Source of the DNA: Octopus vulgaris
Taxonomy: Eukaryota
Length of the DNA stretch: 64,000 bases
Assembly (NCBI GenBank): GCA_951406725.2
Contig: OX597830.1
Span: 30,070,001 to 30,134,000 of the forward strand
Reading direction: 5' to 3'
Below are positions 40,135 through 53,295 of this stretch, piece by piece. The notes under the pieces are model-generated. The model saw nothing but the letters and a program-made list of their open reading frames with translations, ran no database searches and was not told the DNA's origin. A program made the translations under genes and the position numbers. Each line of letters begins with the position of its first letter. Position 1 is the first letter of the stretch.

Positions 40135-40409
40135 TTATCATCACCGTCATCATCATCGTTACCATCATTATCATCATCTTCATCATCATCATCATCATCA
40201 TCATTTTCATACTGATCATTATCCTCAGGATCAGCATCGTCGCCTTCATCATCGTTGCTATCATCATCATCATCATCATAATCGTCATCACTACGGACGT
40301 CGTTATTCATCATCATCATCATCGTCGTCGTCGTCGTCGTCGTCGTCATCGTCATCATCGTTATCATCATCGTCATTATCGTTATCATTATCCTCAACAT
40401 CATCACCAC

Positions 40410-40441
<32 letters not shown>

Positions 40442-40490
40442 CCATCCTCATTGTCATCATCAGCATCACGATCATCTTCATCATCGTCAG
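40135..40490. repeat. (CAT)n/(CGT)n compound microsatellite
   Basis: Triplet repeats. Confidence 0.9.
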
Positions 40491-41481
40491 CTCTTATTTT
40501 TCGTCTTTTCGTCTGAAGGGGTTTTTTTTGTATGATTTCATGTATTTGTTTTATTTTTTAAATTTTTTTCCCGCGTTCAATACCAATTAATTTTCTTCCT
40601 ATTTTACTCTTACTACTTTAACCCCTCACAACACCCCACCCCCTTGCCACCGCCATTTCATTGAGTTTCCCCTCTTCTCTCATCACTTCTCACTTCTTAT
40701 CCACTTCCTCTTCTTCCTGCTTCTCATCCGTCTCCTCCTACTCATCCAACTACTCCCTTCCTAATTTTTCCGATTGTAGCTCTTCCATCTCTCTACTTCC
40801 AACCACATACTTTTCTCTCCTCTTACTCCCCCTCCAATTCCCCCTCCTACCCTTTACTCTACGTATTCCTCTCCTTATCCAACATACTTTCCAGTGTCGT
40901 TACTAGTCTTTCTTCCTCTCTTTTTATCTCTTGTTTTTTCCTGATTTTTTTTTCTTTTACATCGTGGTTTTATTTTATTTACGTTTTTTCCATCCTATTT
41001 TTCCGTCAATTTAAACAGTCTTTTAGTTTTTTCATGTCATTTTATTGGACTTTAATTTACTTTAAACATTTCTGTCTGTCAATTTTTTTCTTCATTATTT
41101 AATACAATGTTTTGGTTGTTCTTTTGTTTTTTTTGCTTTTATTTGTTTATTTATTCATTTATTTATTTATTTATTCGCCCGTTCAGCTGTGTTGAAACCG
41201 TGATTTATGACTTAAATATCAAAGTTGTTGGCGATAAAAATTTTTTAAAATGTAAAAATAATTTTTTTTTTTAAATCTAGTTGTAAATTAAAAGAAACGG
41301 TTAAACTGAATTTGTTTTCAAATTAAAATTCAGTTTCAAAATGAGGTTTTGTAACATTTAGCGTATCTTTTACATTAAATTTTTTTTTTACTATGGTGTT
41401 TTAAAATATTTTGTTGTTATTTTGTATTATACATATTCCGCGGGAAATATTTTTGCATGTATGTATGTATGTGTGTATACA

Positions 41482-41565
41482 CAGTATTCCCTCGTTATAT
41501 TGCGGTTTATTATTTAAATTTACGCGTATTCCTCTGTGGTGTGTGGTTTTGCGTTCATTCACCCA

Positions 41566-41620
<55 letters not shown>

Positions 41621-41698
41621 TTGTTTCTACGTCACGGATTTTCAGCTATCGCAGTGGGCTTTTGGAACGTAACACCCGTAATAATCGAGGGATTACTG
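41482..41698. mobile_element. pogo/Tigger-like MITE
   Basis: TIRs CAGTATTCCCTCG and CGAGGGATTACTG. Paralog at 59106-59320. Confidence 0.8.
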
Positions 41699-41908
41699 AG
41701 TTTGTGTGTGTGTGTATGTGTGTGTGTGTGTGTGTTAATATACTTGGAATTGATTCAATCTATAGGTTACTGAAGCAAGGATCCAATAATTGATTCATCA
41801 ACCACGTATAGAGTTATCTATTATTTATTACAGTGTTATCCATTAATGGGGGTTGAGTATCATTAAATCATTTTCTTTTTAATAATTTTCTGATTACGTA
41901 ATTATCAC

Positions 41909-42326
41909 CTCTTTTACTCTTTTACCCTTTTGCCTCTTTCACTCATTTGACTGCGGCCATGCTAGATCACCACATTTAGTCGAGCAAATCAACCCCAGGA
42001 CTTATTCTTTGGAAGCCTAGTACTTATTCTATCGTTTTTCTTTTGCCGAACCGCCAAGTTACGGGGACGTAAACACACTAGCATCGGTTGTCAAGCGATG
42101 GTAGGGGGACAAACACAGACGCACAAGCATATACACATACATACATATATATATACATATATATGACGGTCTTCTTTCAGTTTCCGTCTACCAAATCCAC
42201 TCACAAGGCTTTCATCGGCCCGAGGCTATAGTAAAAGACACTTGCTCAAGGTACCACGCAGTGGGAATGAACCCAGTACCATGTGGTTGGTAAGCAAGCT
42301 ACTTACCACGTATCCATTCCTGCGCC
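41909..42326 (-). mobile_element. SINE family A full copy
   Basis: The reverse complement aligns with 29570-29997. Confidence 0.92.
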
Positions 42327-42845
42327 TTGAAAACTTTTGTTTGTATTTTTCTTGTAAAAATTTGTTCCTCAAAAATCTATGAATTTCATTTTTTCTAGCA
42401 TTAGCTGAAGAAAAAAGCAACACTAATGGCGTTCAAAATGTTTACAAATGCTATTGCTGACGTTAGTAATCATAATGTTTGTTCCAAATATAATGTTCAT
42501 AGTACAGAAGCTTTAGTTGATTGGTTGGTTGGTCCGTTGCTTGGTGGTGCGGTTAATTAAACCAAACACAGCACTTGATAACTGCTTTATTTGATAGTAC
42601 CTATAACGAATAAAGACGAGACTAACACCGTTGAAATTTGAATGGAGAACGTTAAAGTTCAGAAGAAACCTCACCATGCAGTTTCCACTACGGTCAACAG
42701 ATGTTCTATATCTGTCGCTCCTGTCTTCATTTCGAAATTCAAACAATATCGCAAACACATTGCAAAGTCTGTATAGACTGATACACATGAATACATACAC
42801 ATATTTGTGAGTAAATTCTGTGTTCTTTTACGTTTAGCAAAGTCA

Positions 42846-42950
<105 letters not shown>

Positions 42951-43033
42951 CTTCCTATCATCTTTCATGGTTTGAGACCCCCATCGACTCAACGAATGCT
43001 GTAGATAAGTTCATATGGGCGTGTCACAATGTT

Positions 43034-43109
<76 letters not shown>

Positions 43110-45397
43110 TAAATATAAGCAGGTAAATATAATGTAGGATTTTTCTCTGGAAAATTCTACCCATACTTATATCCACTTCCATTGTGAGTCTACTAAATTT
43201 CATATGGACATAAAAGCAATGGTAAGGACTCGGTTTGGTGGGGGTTCGTTACCTCTTTACACTCTCTACAGAGTTTTATTACCACTAGATTTGTACTTTA
43301 TCAATCCTGGTTTGGAAAGAAGCATCTACTTAACCCCTCACGCCACTTCTTTTTCGCTCCTGTGTTTGTACATTATTCTTTGAATATCGACACTGAAATT
43401 TTAGTCGAAAATTAAATGAGAAAGTTCACTCTAAAGGGAGTATTTTTTTAATGGAATTTTCCGTCTATTGAAGGTCCTACAACCATTTTTATTTTTGAGA
43501 ACTCTAATCTGAAGAGAATTTCAACTTTAAGCTAAATGTATTCCTCCTTTTTGGAACGTAATCTTAAAGCAACAAGGCATAAAATTATTCAAAAAATAGT
43601 TTGGTTTTGTGAATACATGGCGTGAACAGTTCCGTTTTCATGATTAAACTGTAGGATCTGGGAACAAAATACTTATAATAACCTCCTACAAAAGATACAC
43701 CACATTTTGATCTAAAGCTACCATTCATACAAGCTTCTGTTTCATCCAAATTCGACCGAATAATTGTGAATTTGTATAGGATTGTCTAATGAAAACCTAT
43801 AAATGTTGAGAAAGCCGTACCATATTCTTATCATGATTGATAGATGAATGTTGATTATTGTAGTATCAACTTTTAAACGGCATCTCAGTAACTGTTATAT
43901 GTGATTTCAGTTCATCGCTGTTATTGGCTTCATATTTAAGACTATATATCTGTCAATAATTTTGTATGTACTGCAATAATAATAGCATCCGTTGAATCGC
44001 ACAGCCTTTACGACAGCGGACATTGCTCGGTTACAGATGCTAAAGGTTACAGGTGTCTAAAGGTAATTCTGTATCAACCAGCTTTAGAAAAACCCGGCAT
44101 AGAAACCTACTAATGCAGCTTTTTTGTTCATTCCACCGTTGTTAATGTCATTTCTTACAAATGGAGAGGCCCTTCAAACCTTAGGAAGGGACCATGTTCG
44201 TAAAACTACACTTTAAACTTCCTGCCAAGTTGCAGTTGTAGACAGCATTTAGCCCCTATTTCAAATTGGCCTTAGTCTCAATCCGCCTGACATCATTTAC
44301 ATTTTATGAGTGCTGCGGTGACTTGATCAAAGCTCTTAGATGTTTACTCCTTGATCCTTAGACTAATCTATCCCATAATTTCAAAGTGGTCTTTATCCCA
44401 TAGTATGAATGGTCAGTGATATATGAGGATTTGATATGCAGTCGATGTAGATTGAATAACCAATCGAATCTCTCTTGGAGAGGTTTTGCATAGCTTTTCT
44501 TGCTTCATGTCAACAGTAGGAACTCAGAATGGTGAACAATTCTTGTGTATCTTCCGACCGCTTCTTACGTCAACCGATAACAACTCTATAGCCGTCGGGA
44601 ACTCGATTGGAGAAATAGTGTACCTCATCGTGTTGCCGTTTTCCAGAGCCGGTCCAGTCAGGAAGTCGTGAAATATTTGGTGAATGACCGTTCAACAACT
44701 GGTATTAACTATCAAATATAAAAGACCCTCACACGTCCTGAGAATAAAACAAATTGCCCGATGTTTTGTATATCAACGTATAGGGAATTTCTATATCAGT
44801 GTATATAGTTGCTACGTGATAAAGGACAACCTAAAGATTTAGTCATTCCTGTTTGTTTGTCATATTTGATGGAACCCTAACGTATATGAGCATGTTCAAC
44901 ACACTCAGAAAATCCCGAGATCAGAGATTTCTGAACTGTTGTACTTACGAGAGGACTTCGGGCTAGAATCCTTGATATATTTCTAGCTAGCTCAATAAAA
45001 CGCATTTCTCTCTGATTCAAAGATGGTCATCGGCTGAAATTGATCAATTAATGATTTTCTTTTCCCACTTAGAGACAGTTTCAGACTCTCTTCTATGCAC
45101 CAGCTCAGTATTGCAATTTTTAACTGTCACAGAAGTCTCTGGACACAGCAGGGCAGTGTTTTTTTTTATGTTTTATGAGAGATATCGTTTCTGCCTGATG
45201 CACCTTGATGCGCATCATTTTAAAAAGCAGCATCGCTCTTTTACGTCAGCGAAATACGAAAGATCGAACAGAATGTCGGATTCAGATTGGTGGAATTCAT
45301 TGGTGATCAAATTTAGAAACAATTCTTAAAGGGGTTCCTGTCGCATCATGAAAATGTTTACAGGCCAGAAATCAACGCACGCACACACACTCACAAT

Positions 45398-45442
<45 letters not shown>

Positions 45443-45698
45443 CAAACTCTTACATATCTACATGCAAGCGCACACATATGAATTGTATACATAAGTGCAA
45501 AAGAACATGTGTACGTACGCAAAATTACATATATTAATATTACATGTGTGTGTATGTATGTATGTATGTATGTATGTTATTTATATATACACACATATAT
45601 ATGTACCTCTGCATATATGCATATATATATATATATTCTTCGCACATATACTAACATATATATGCATACTTGCTTATATATATTGATGTATATATATA

Positions 45699-45748
<50 letters not shown>

Positions 45749-46464
45749 TATATATACATACATGCATACATACATACATACATACGCTTATACATGTATG
45801 CACTTATAGCAATTATTCACCAGGGCGTTGGCAGACTGGTAACATGTTATAATATTGCGATCGTTATCTGCTTGTAGTGAGGGACACTTTTTTTTATTAT
45901 TTCATATATATCTGTGCGTGTATGTGTGTGTGTGTGCGCGTGTGTGTGTATGTATGTGTGTGCTCGTACGTATGTATGATGTATGTATTAGTATCATATT
46001 ATGTTCTTGTCTTATTGTCATATCTTGGTCTTTTGTTTTTTATAGCAAAGTTGTGTCCACACGGTCGGCAGCAGCTGTTATGTCTGTCCCACTAATTTAC
46101 TCTCGTGAAAACAGATATATAAATAAATAAATATACAATCTCTAATGTAAATTGTATAAGAATAGATATGTACATATCACATACACAAAACAAAAAAACA
46201 CTCACCCACACACACAAACTCAAACGCATCCATGCTGACTCTCAAAGACACTGCCTAACATATGTGTACACATACATACACACTTAGAGAGAAACACCCA
46301 CATATGCATCCATACACATGTACAGGCAATTCTAGACTCATACAAGTACACGACTATAAACTCTTGATCGAAGAGCAATGTAGCTGTCGTTCATGATGTA
46401 TGTGTACATAAGTATTCTCCGTCAAATGCACATACATGTACATTAGCACACGCGCACACACATG

Positions 46465-46509
<45 letters not shown>

Positions 46510-46645
46510 ATGCAGACAAACACACGATTGAGTTTAGAAGATAAATATATATCTACAAACATACAGATATTTATACATATACTTTTGACCGTATACACAC
46601 ACATACGCACGCACATGCACACATACACACACATATACACACATG

Positions 46646-46702
<57 letters not shown>

Positions 46703-46780
46703 TCATACGCATACACACTACCATAATACAGGTCAAAAATAACGATATTTATTTGGAAAAATATGGATTAGGTTAATATA

Positions 46781-46999
46781 ACTCTTTTACTCTTATACTT
46801 GTATGTCATTTGACTGCGGCCATGCTGGAGCACCGCCTTTAGTCGAAAAAATCGACCCCAGAACTTATTCTTTGTAAGCCAAGTACTTATTCGATCGGGG
46901 TCTTTTGCCGAACCGCTAAATTACGGGGACGTAACCACACCGGCATCGGTTGTCAAGCGATGGTACGGGAACAAACCAGACACAAAAATACAACCCCAT

Positions 47000-47031
<32 letters not shown>

Positions 47032-47199
47032 CACATGCGATGGGCTTCTTTAATTTCCGTCTACCAAATCCACTCACAAGGTTTCAATTGGCCCGAGGTT
47101 ATAGTAAAAGACGCTTGCCCAAGGTGTCACGCAGTAGGATTGAACCCGGAACCATGCGGTTGGGAAGAAAGCTTCTTACCGCACGGCCACTCCTGCGCC
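46781..47199 (-). mobile_element. SINE family A full copy
   Basis: The reverse complement aligns with 29570-29997. Confidence 0.92.
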
Positions 47200-47423
47200 T
47201 ATAATGTGTGTGGAAGATTAAGAGATGGTTAATGACATTGACCTACTTACGGATAGCTTTTTTTTTTCTTTATCTTTTCCCACTTTCATTCATTTTCCTG
47301 CGGCGCTGCTGGAGCGCCGGCTTCGTCGAATAAATTGCCACCAATGATTTTTTTCTTTTTGTTTTTTTTTTCTTTAAGTCTGATACTTATTCATCTATCC
47401 CCTTTTTCCTAACCGCTAAGTAA

Positions 47424-47478
<55 letters not shown>

Positions 47479-47525
47479 CATACATACATACATACATATA
47501 AACATGCATACATACATATACATAC

Positions 47526-47580
<55 letters not shown>

Positions 47581-47582
<2 letters not shown>

Positions 47583-47895
47583 AAAGATCCAGAGAAATAA
47601 TTCCAAGGTACCTAAATGTTGCTCAAGTATACTACGAAACAAAGAACACAATTGTGTTAGGGTACGCAAGTTGTAATTAGTAGAAAAAAGGGAAAATTGA
47701 AAAAGGAGACAAGGATGTTATTAAAATATTTATATCTCCATATCTTCTACATATGTTTCGATGGATGCATTCAAAATATGTCCAACTGGAAGAATTATGG
47801 TCAGCTGTGCATGAATCTCATCAGGAAAAATATGAACAACACTCATTAAATAGACATTTTATAGATATAGGAAGCCCTAGAAAATGTGACTTATT
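47581..47895 (-). mobile_element. Penelope-like pLTR fragment abutting (TA)n
   Basis: Starts at the edge of a (TA)n tract and contains an intact minimal hammerhead. Confidence 0.6.
47739..47834 (-). ncRNA. Type I hammerhead ribozyme with intact catalytic core
   Basis: Minus strand reads CATATTTTTC-CTGATGA-GATTCATGCA(38-nt insert)TGCATCCATC-GAAAC-ATAT-GTA-GAAGATATG. Stem I has 9 bp with a 1-nt bulge, stem III is the palindrome ACATATGT, and the cleavage triplet is GUA (predicted cut between 47748 and 47747). Confidence 0.8.
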
Positions 47896-47963
47896 TATAT
47901 TCATATGCACGCACAGGTACACGCACGCATATATGCAACATGCGTATATAAACACACACACAC

Positions 47964-48013
<50 letters not shown>

Positions 48014-48048
48014 GTACATATATGCGTACACACACGCGCGCACACGCG

Positions 48049-48095
<47 letters not shown>

Positions 48096-48595
48096 GTATA
48101 CATATCTATCCATATTTATATTTTACTACCACGAACATGTTTGTATGCAAACATATACACACGTTCACATACACTTACCGAAATATACATGGACACAAAT
48201 ACATACTTACATACACAGATACACATTCACTTAAGCGCATATACGCATTTGTATACAAACATATCATACATATATACAGGAGCAAAACCAGATATATACA
48301 CATGTATGTATATACACATATATATATAGCCAAGTATTGATGGAACGCTAAAAATTTAAAAGTTTCGTTAAGGAAATGTACTCCATAGGGTGAGAGAAGA
48401 AAAGGTATAGAAAGAGAGGTAAGAGGAAGAAGAGAAAACAAGGTAAAAAGAGGGGAGAGAGAGAGGAGAGAGTAACGAGTAAAATTGCATAGATAAAGGT
48501 AGAAAGAGAGAAAAAAAGGAGGAATAAATGTTATGGAAAGATAGAAAAATAAAGAAAAGATAATTTGCATGGTTCCGAGTTCAGTGTCACTACTT

Positions 48596-50133
48596 TTATT
48601 CATCAAATTTGCCATGAAGGCAGTACATAGATGTAGCTTTTGCGGGCTGGACGTAGACATTGATGGTATGAATGATGGTGATGGAACAAAGATGGTGTTG
48701 GGAGAAGACGAAAGCGCCCGCCGACTTCCGCTTCTCTAAGACAATGTTCTTTTTTCAAAAAATTCAAAAAGTCACAAAATTTCACAAAAGTCACAATGAG
48801 GCAATGAACCTCTTTCTCAATCTGATACAATTTTTCTATTTGAAACATTCAAAATGTTCAAGTAACCCGGCCGACCAGCACTATTGCTTCTTTGAGGCAA
48901 TCATTCTTTGTCAGGCCGTACCATGCAGGTATAAATTGAAAGGAGTCCTCCGGGAAGGACTTCACGATCCTGCACAGATCGCTATCCCATAGGACCTCCG
49001 CAGCCACCTGCGAAGGCCACTCAGGGTCCTCCGTGCAGGACCGAAGTCTCTCCCATTGGCCTCTCCTTTCCATTTCTCTATCTCGTTTTCAAGCGTTCCT
49101 CCTTTGTGGAAGAGGACCACATATTGATCCTCCGGCGGCACACCTGCCTGAGGAGACTTGGGAGGCGCCGTCTGCGTGTTACAATCCGCCGGCGGCGTCC
49201 CGTTTCTTTTTTTTTCCCTTTTTTCCCTGAGCCGCGGGAAAGTGAGGTTCCTGTGTTGCACACAATGGGTCCTCTCTTTCTCCCGCAGCTCCCGGGTTTT
49301 TCGGTGGGTCACCATTGTTGCCCATTTTTCGTTTTTTTTTTGAGTATGTAGCAATTTCCTCGTTCTGTTTCTCTCCCTCCATTGGGGGTGCAGGGAGAGA
49401 TTCCACCATTAACTGCTTCAGGATCCTACTTTGGTCCCTGGGGCAGTTCTTCTTAATGTGGCACAGGTGACACTTGGTGGGGGGGGGCGTCCCTCAAGCA
49501 TCACCGGATACCTGGACCCGGCCATCCTCAAGAAATCTGGAAAAACCAGACTTTTGGCTGATTGGGTCCATAGGGTCAAAACAGCTTTCGACCCTTCCCA
49601 ATCAGCCGTAGGCAACATTTTTACATTTAGCTGCTTGGCACTGCTACCACCCAGACCCCGGCGGATAGAGTCCTCTATCCACTCGGGCTCAACTCCGGGT
49701 GGTATGCCGCAGATCCAAGCCCTCAATAATTTTTCTCCCATATAGTTTGAGAGAAACAATATTTCTTTGCCCTCAAGGGGCTGGCTTGCAAAGTCGCAAG
49801 CTTCTTTTGGGGAGTCAAATAGCAATCAGACCGTTGCGTATTTCACTCCCCGTGAGATAAATTTAACGGCTGGCATGCAGTCCGCCAGCTCGTTTAAAAT
49901 TTGTGGCCTTCGGGAAGACGGCTATGGTGTCGAGCGACTTCGAATAAGTCCTCAACACCACGGTCTTCCTTTCCAGCTCTTTTAAATATTTTTGGGGAGG
50001 TGTTAGGTCCCACACAATAAATTCCTTTGCCATTTCGAAACGGAATCCAATTAAAGTTCAAAAGTGTAAGAAAATAACTAAGATACAACAGGGAGAAAGG
50101 AAAACACAACAGAAGAGAAGAATTACATAATTT
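48596..50133 (-). mobile_element. ORF1-only non-LTR retroelement (L1/Tx1-type ORF1; HAL1-like) bounded by a 16-bp TSD
   Basis: Exact TSD TTCAGTGTCACTACTT at 48580-95 and 50134-49. Inserted in the head of a family A SINE. Pyrimidine-rich 5' UTR, ATG at 50033, terminal AATAAA, and no RT or endonuclease motifs. Confidence 0.8.
48858..50033 (-). pseudogene. Disrupted LINE ORF1 (gag-like nucleic-acid-binding protein with zinc knuckle)
   Basis: Reads MAKEFIVWDLTPPQKYLKELERKTVVLRTYSK...LLFDSPKEA..F...LLRAWICGIPPGVEPEWI...FPDFLRMAGSRYPVMLEGRPP/KCHLC-HIKKNCP... across several frameshifts and a stop. Homologous to 52484-53295. Confidence 0.75.
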
Positions 50134-50545
50134 TTCAGTGTCACTACTTGCCACCTCGGGCACATGTCTTTTCTATGGCCTCGGAGCGACCAACATTTTG
50201 CGAGTGGCTTTGATAGACGGAAACTGAAACCGACCAATCATAATACACATAGATATGTTCGTGCGTGTGTGTGTATGAGTTTGTATGCGTGCGCGTCCCT
50301 ACGTGTGTATGTGTGTGTTTGTGCGTGCTTCTTTTCGTCTTTGTCTCTCTTTTTCTGTGGCCCTACCACTGCTTGACACCTGGTTTGTCCCTATTTTTGT
50401 CGTCGTAACCTAGCTGCTTAGCTAAAAATTTGCAATACAATAAGTACCAGACATTCAAAAGTAAGTACCGTTGTCGATTTACTAAACAAGACCATTCAAG
50501 GTGGTGTCCCAGCATGGTTGAAGTCCGATCAGTGAAAGAAATATT
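50134..50545 (+). mobile_element. SINE family A body (head fragment displaced to 48567-48595)
   Basis: GCATGGTTCCGAGTTCAGTGTCACTAC joined to TTGCCACCTCGGGCACATGTCTT rebuilds the family A head across the insertion. Confidence 0.85.
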
Positions 50546-50579
50546 AAAGAAAAAAAAGATTGATATTTTGGGGAGAAGA

Positions 50580-51010
50580 GGCGGCGAGCTGGCAGAAACG
50601 GTAGCGCACGCCGGGCGAAATGCTTAGCGCTATTTCGTCTGTATTTACGTTCTGAGTTCAAGTTCTGCCGAGGTCGACTTTGCCTTTCATCCTTTCGGGG
50701 TCGATAAATTAAGTACCAGTTATGCACTGGGGTCGATATAATCGCCTTAATCCGTTTGTCTGTCCTTGTTTGTCCCTTCTATGTTTAGCCTTTTGTGGGC
50801 ATTAAAGAAATAAGAAGCCTTAGCACGCCGGGCGAAATGCTTAGCACTATTTCGTCTGTCTTGAGTTCAAATTCCGCCGAGGTCGACTTTGCCTTTCATC
50901 CTTTCATGGTCGATAAATTAAGTACCAATTGCGTATTGTGATCGATATAATTGACTGGCTCTCCCTCCCCCAAAATCCCAGGCCTTATGCCTAGAGCAGA
51001 TAAAAAAATA
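50580..51010 (+). mobile_element. SINE family B dimer with an alternative junction
   Basis: The second unit restarts at (AGAA)GCCTTAGCACGCCGGG rather than at GTATTTCG. Confidence 0.9.
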
Positions 51011-51975
51011 TTTTCGAAAAGAAATGAAATACCTAGCGGAAATAGCAAGCAACTATCAAAGAAAAGTGGAGATAATTTTGAAGGAATTAAAAATAATTTC
51101 TCGAGTTATTTTACATGCTTCACGAATGTCTTTTTGTCTAAGTATTGCTATGGGTGTGGATGTAATAGCATTGTCAGAGCATGTATCTTCTGGTGTAAAT
51201 TTCTGTGTGTCTTTTATTAGGGTTGCTGTGCTTTTTCTTTTATATACACAAGTGATTGTGTATCGGTGTTTTTATTTGTATGTTCGATTGATTTCAGGTC
51301 ACTTGGTGTATGTGTGTGTGCGTGTGTATAAGAAAATTAGTATGCGTGTGTGTGAGAGAGAGAGAGTGGGGGTGCAGAGGGGGAGTATGTCTGCATGGCA
51401 GGGCAACGGAGTGAGAGAGTGCGTGTGTGTATATGTATCTGTGTCTTCTTTTATATGCCGGGTAGAAACAGCGTGTTGTACTTGTGTTTGTGTGTGTGTA
51501 AGTGTCAGAGATAGATAGCGTGTGTGAGTGTATTACAGACACAAAGAGTGAGGAAATGATAGTGTGTGTGTGTGTGTGAGTGTGTCTGTGTGCATGAGTT
51601 TGTGAATTTGAACTCATTTCTTTATATAATTGTGTGTGTAACGAGGCTGCAAAACAGCCAAATCTAGTTCGCTTGACCTGTTCTTAACATAGCTAAAAGC
51701 CCTCGAATGTCACCGGATACCTTTTTAAAACAAGATAGCACGTTGGATAATACCCTAAATTTTTCTAAAGAAGAAGTTGAGATGACAACGTCTGGAATAC
51801 TCTGACCTGTGATTTACTTAAACAGGTAAACTTAATCAAAAACTGGTAAACAGAGGCAAAATACCAGCTATGCTACTGAAACCATCAACATATACACAAG
51901 AATGAAGATACATTTTCTCCGTGTATGTGTACGAGTGCGTGTGTTTGTTTGTGCGCGCACGCCCGTGTGTGTGTG

Positions 51976-52011
<36 letters not shown>

Positions 52012-52044
52012 TGTGTGTGTGTGTGTGTGTCTGTGTGTGCGTGC

Positions 52045-53295
52045 ACATTCTGTGACTTCATGTCATTTAACAGGGAGCCTTGTTTCCAAGGCGATCCCAA
52101 GCCACATACATTTATACAACATATTCTGAGCATGATCCTCTCGAAGGTTGCTTTACACACGAAAGGAAGACGAAAGAAAATGAAAGAGGGAGAGAGAGGG
52201 AGAGACAGAGTCACTTACTGTCCGAAAGTTGTTTGTCCTTCCCTTCAAAATCTTCTCCCAGGTTTTTTGTACAGTTTTTTAGAGTGGTATTTTTGAAATC
52301 TCCCAACTGCAATCGTGTAGAGAGATTTCAGTGTATTGTGTGTGTTCTGTGTTATTTGTATGATTTTAATATGTTGTGGTGGTGTTGTGTGTGGGTGATT
52401 ATTCGTTTTAATATCATTTTCTGTAATGCTGGTGCTTGACCTAATGCATTCCATTAGTTCTGGATTGTTAGTGTTTCTAGCTGTCAACATTTTTGGGCCA
52501 TTTGGTGTTCGTGTGTTTGTGATAATGCTTTTGTTTTCGACGGGTGTTTTGGTTTCGGGAGTGGTAAACCTCGCTGCTTTGTTTGTCTGCTTCTCAATTC
52601 TTTTTTCCCCTTTTTCTTCTTCCCCCTGTGTTTACTTACCAATTCTGTGTCGTCTTCACCTGACGACGCGTGGGAGGATTCAGAAAGTGAGAGGGGAAGA
52701 GTATTGGGATCTATTTCTGAGGGTGTTAATGTTGATTTTGTTGGTGTTAGTGCTTGTTGGTGACAGTTGGGATGTGGTGTATGGGTTTTGGGGGATGGAG
52801 TATGAGTCCTGTTGTTTTTCTCTTCTTCTTTTGGAGTTGTTGTTGTTGGTCGTGGTGGTGATGGTATTGTTTCTGTTCTTGGTGGCGCTGATGGTAGTGT
52901 CGTTTGGTTGGGCTGGCTTGTTGGTTTTATCAGTTGTGCATATGGCAGTGTGGGTAGCAGTGCTGGTTTATTTCTTGATTTTTGGTTTTCTTTTTGTGGT
53001 TGTGGTTGTCGTTCTTGTTGTTTCTGTTGTTGTTTCTGTGCTAATGGGCAATTGATTTTTAGGTGTGATTTGCTACCACAAACGTAGCAACGTGGCTTTC
53101 TGCCTTCGCCGGCCACATGCAAATTCGAACCGTCTGCCAGTTTGATAAGACGTGGAATCCTTTCAAAGCTGATTGGATCAACTTGAGCAAGGATTTTCAC
53201 TCCTTGGCAAATCTAGTTTTGCTGGACTAGGATAGCGACTTCCAAGATGTGGATTGCCTCCTCGATATCATAACAAATGGTAGACAAAGGCTATT
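52045..53295 (-). mobile_element. L1/Tx1-type LINE fragment: ORF1 C-terminal half plus ORF2 (APE) start
   Basis: ORF 52484..53200 contains GEGRKPRCYVCGSKSHLKINCP (CX2CX4HX4C). The ATG at 52133 gives MLRICCINVCGLGSPWKQGSLLNDMKSQNV, the APE domain I 'NV.GL' motif, which then runs into (CA)n. Confidence 0.85.

Noticed and set aside
51024-51617. 164-aa and 107-aa ORFs
   Set aside because: Low-complexity TG/CA-rich sequence with no motif, possibly decayed retroelement spacer.
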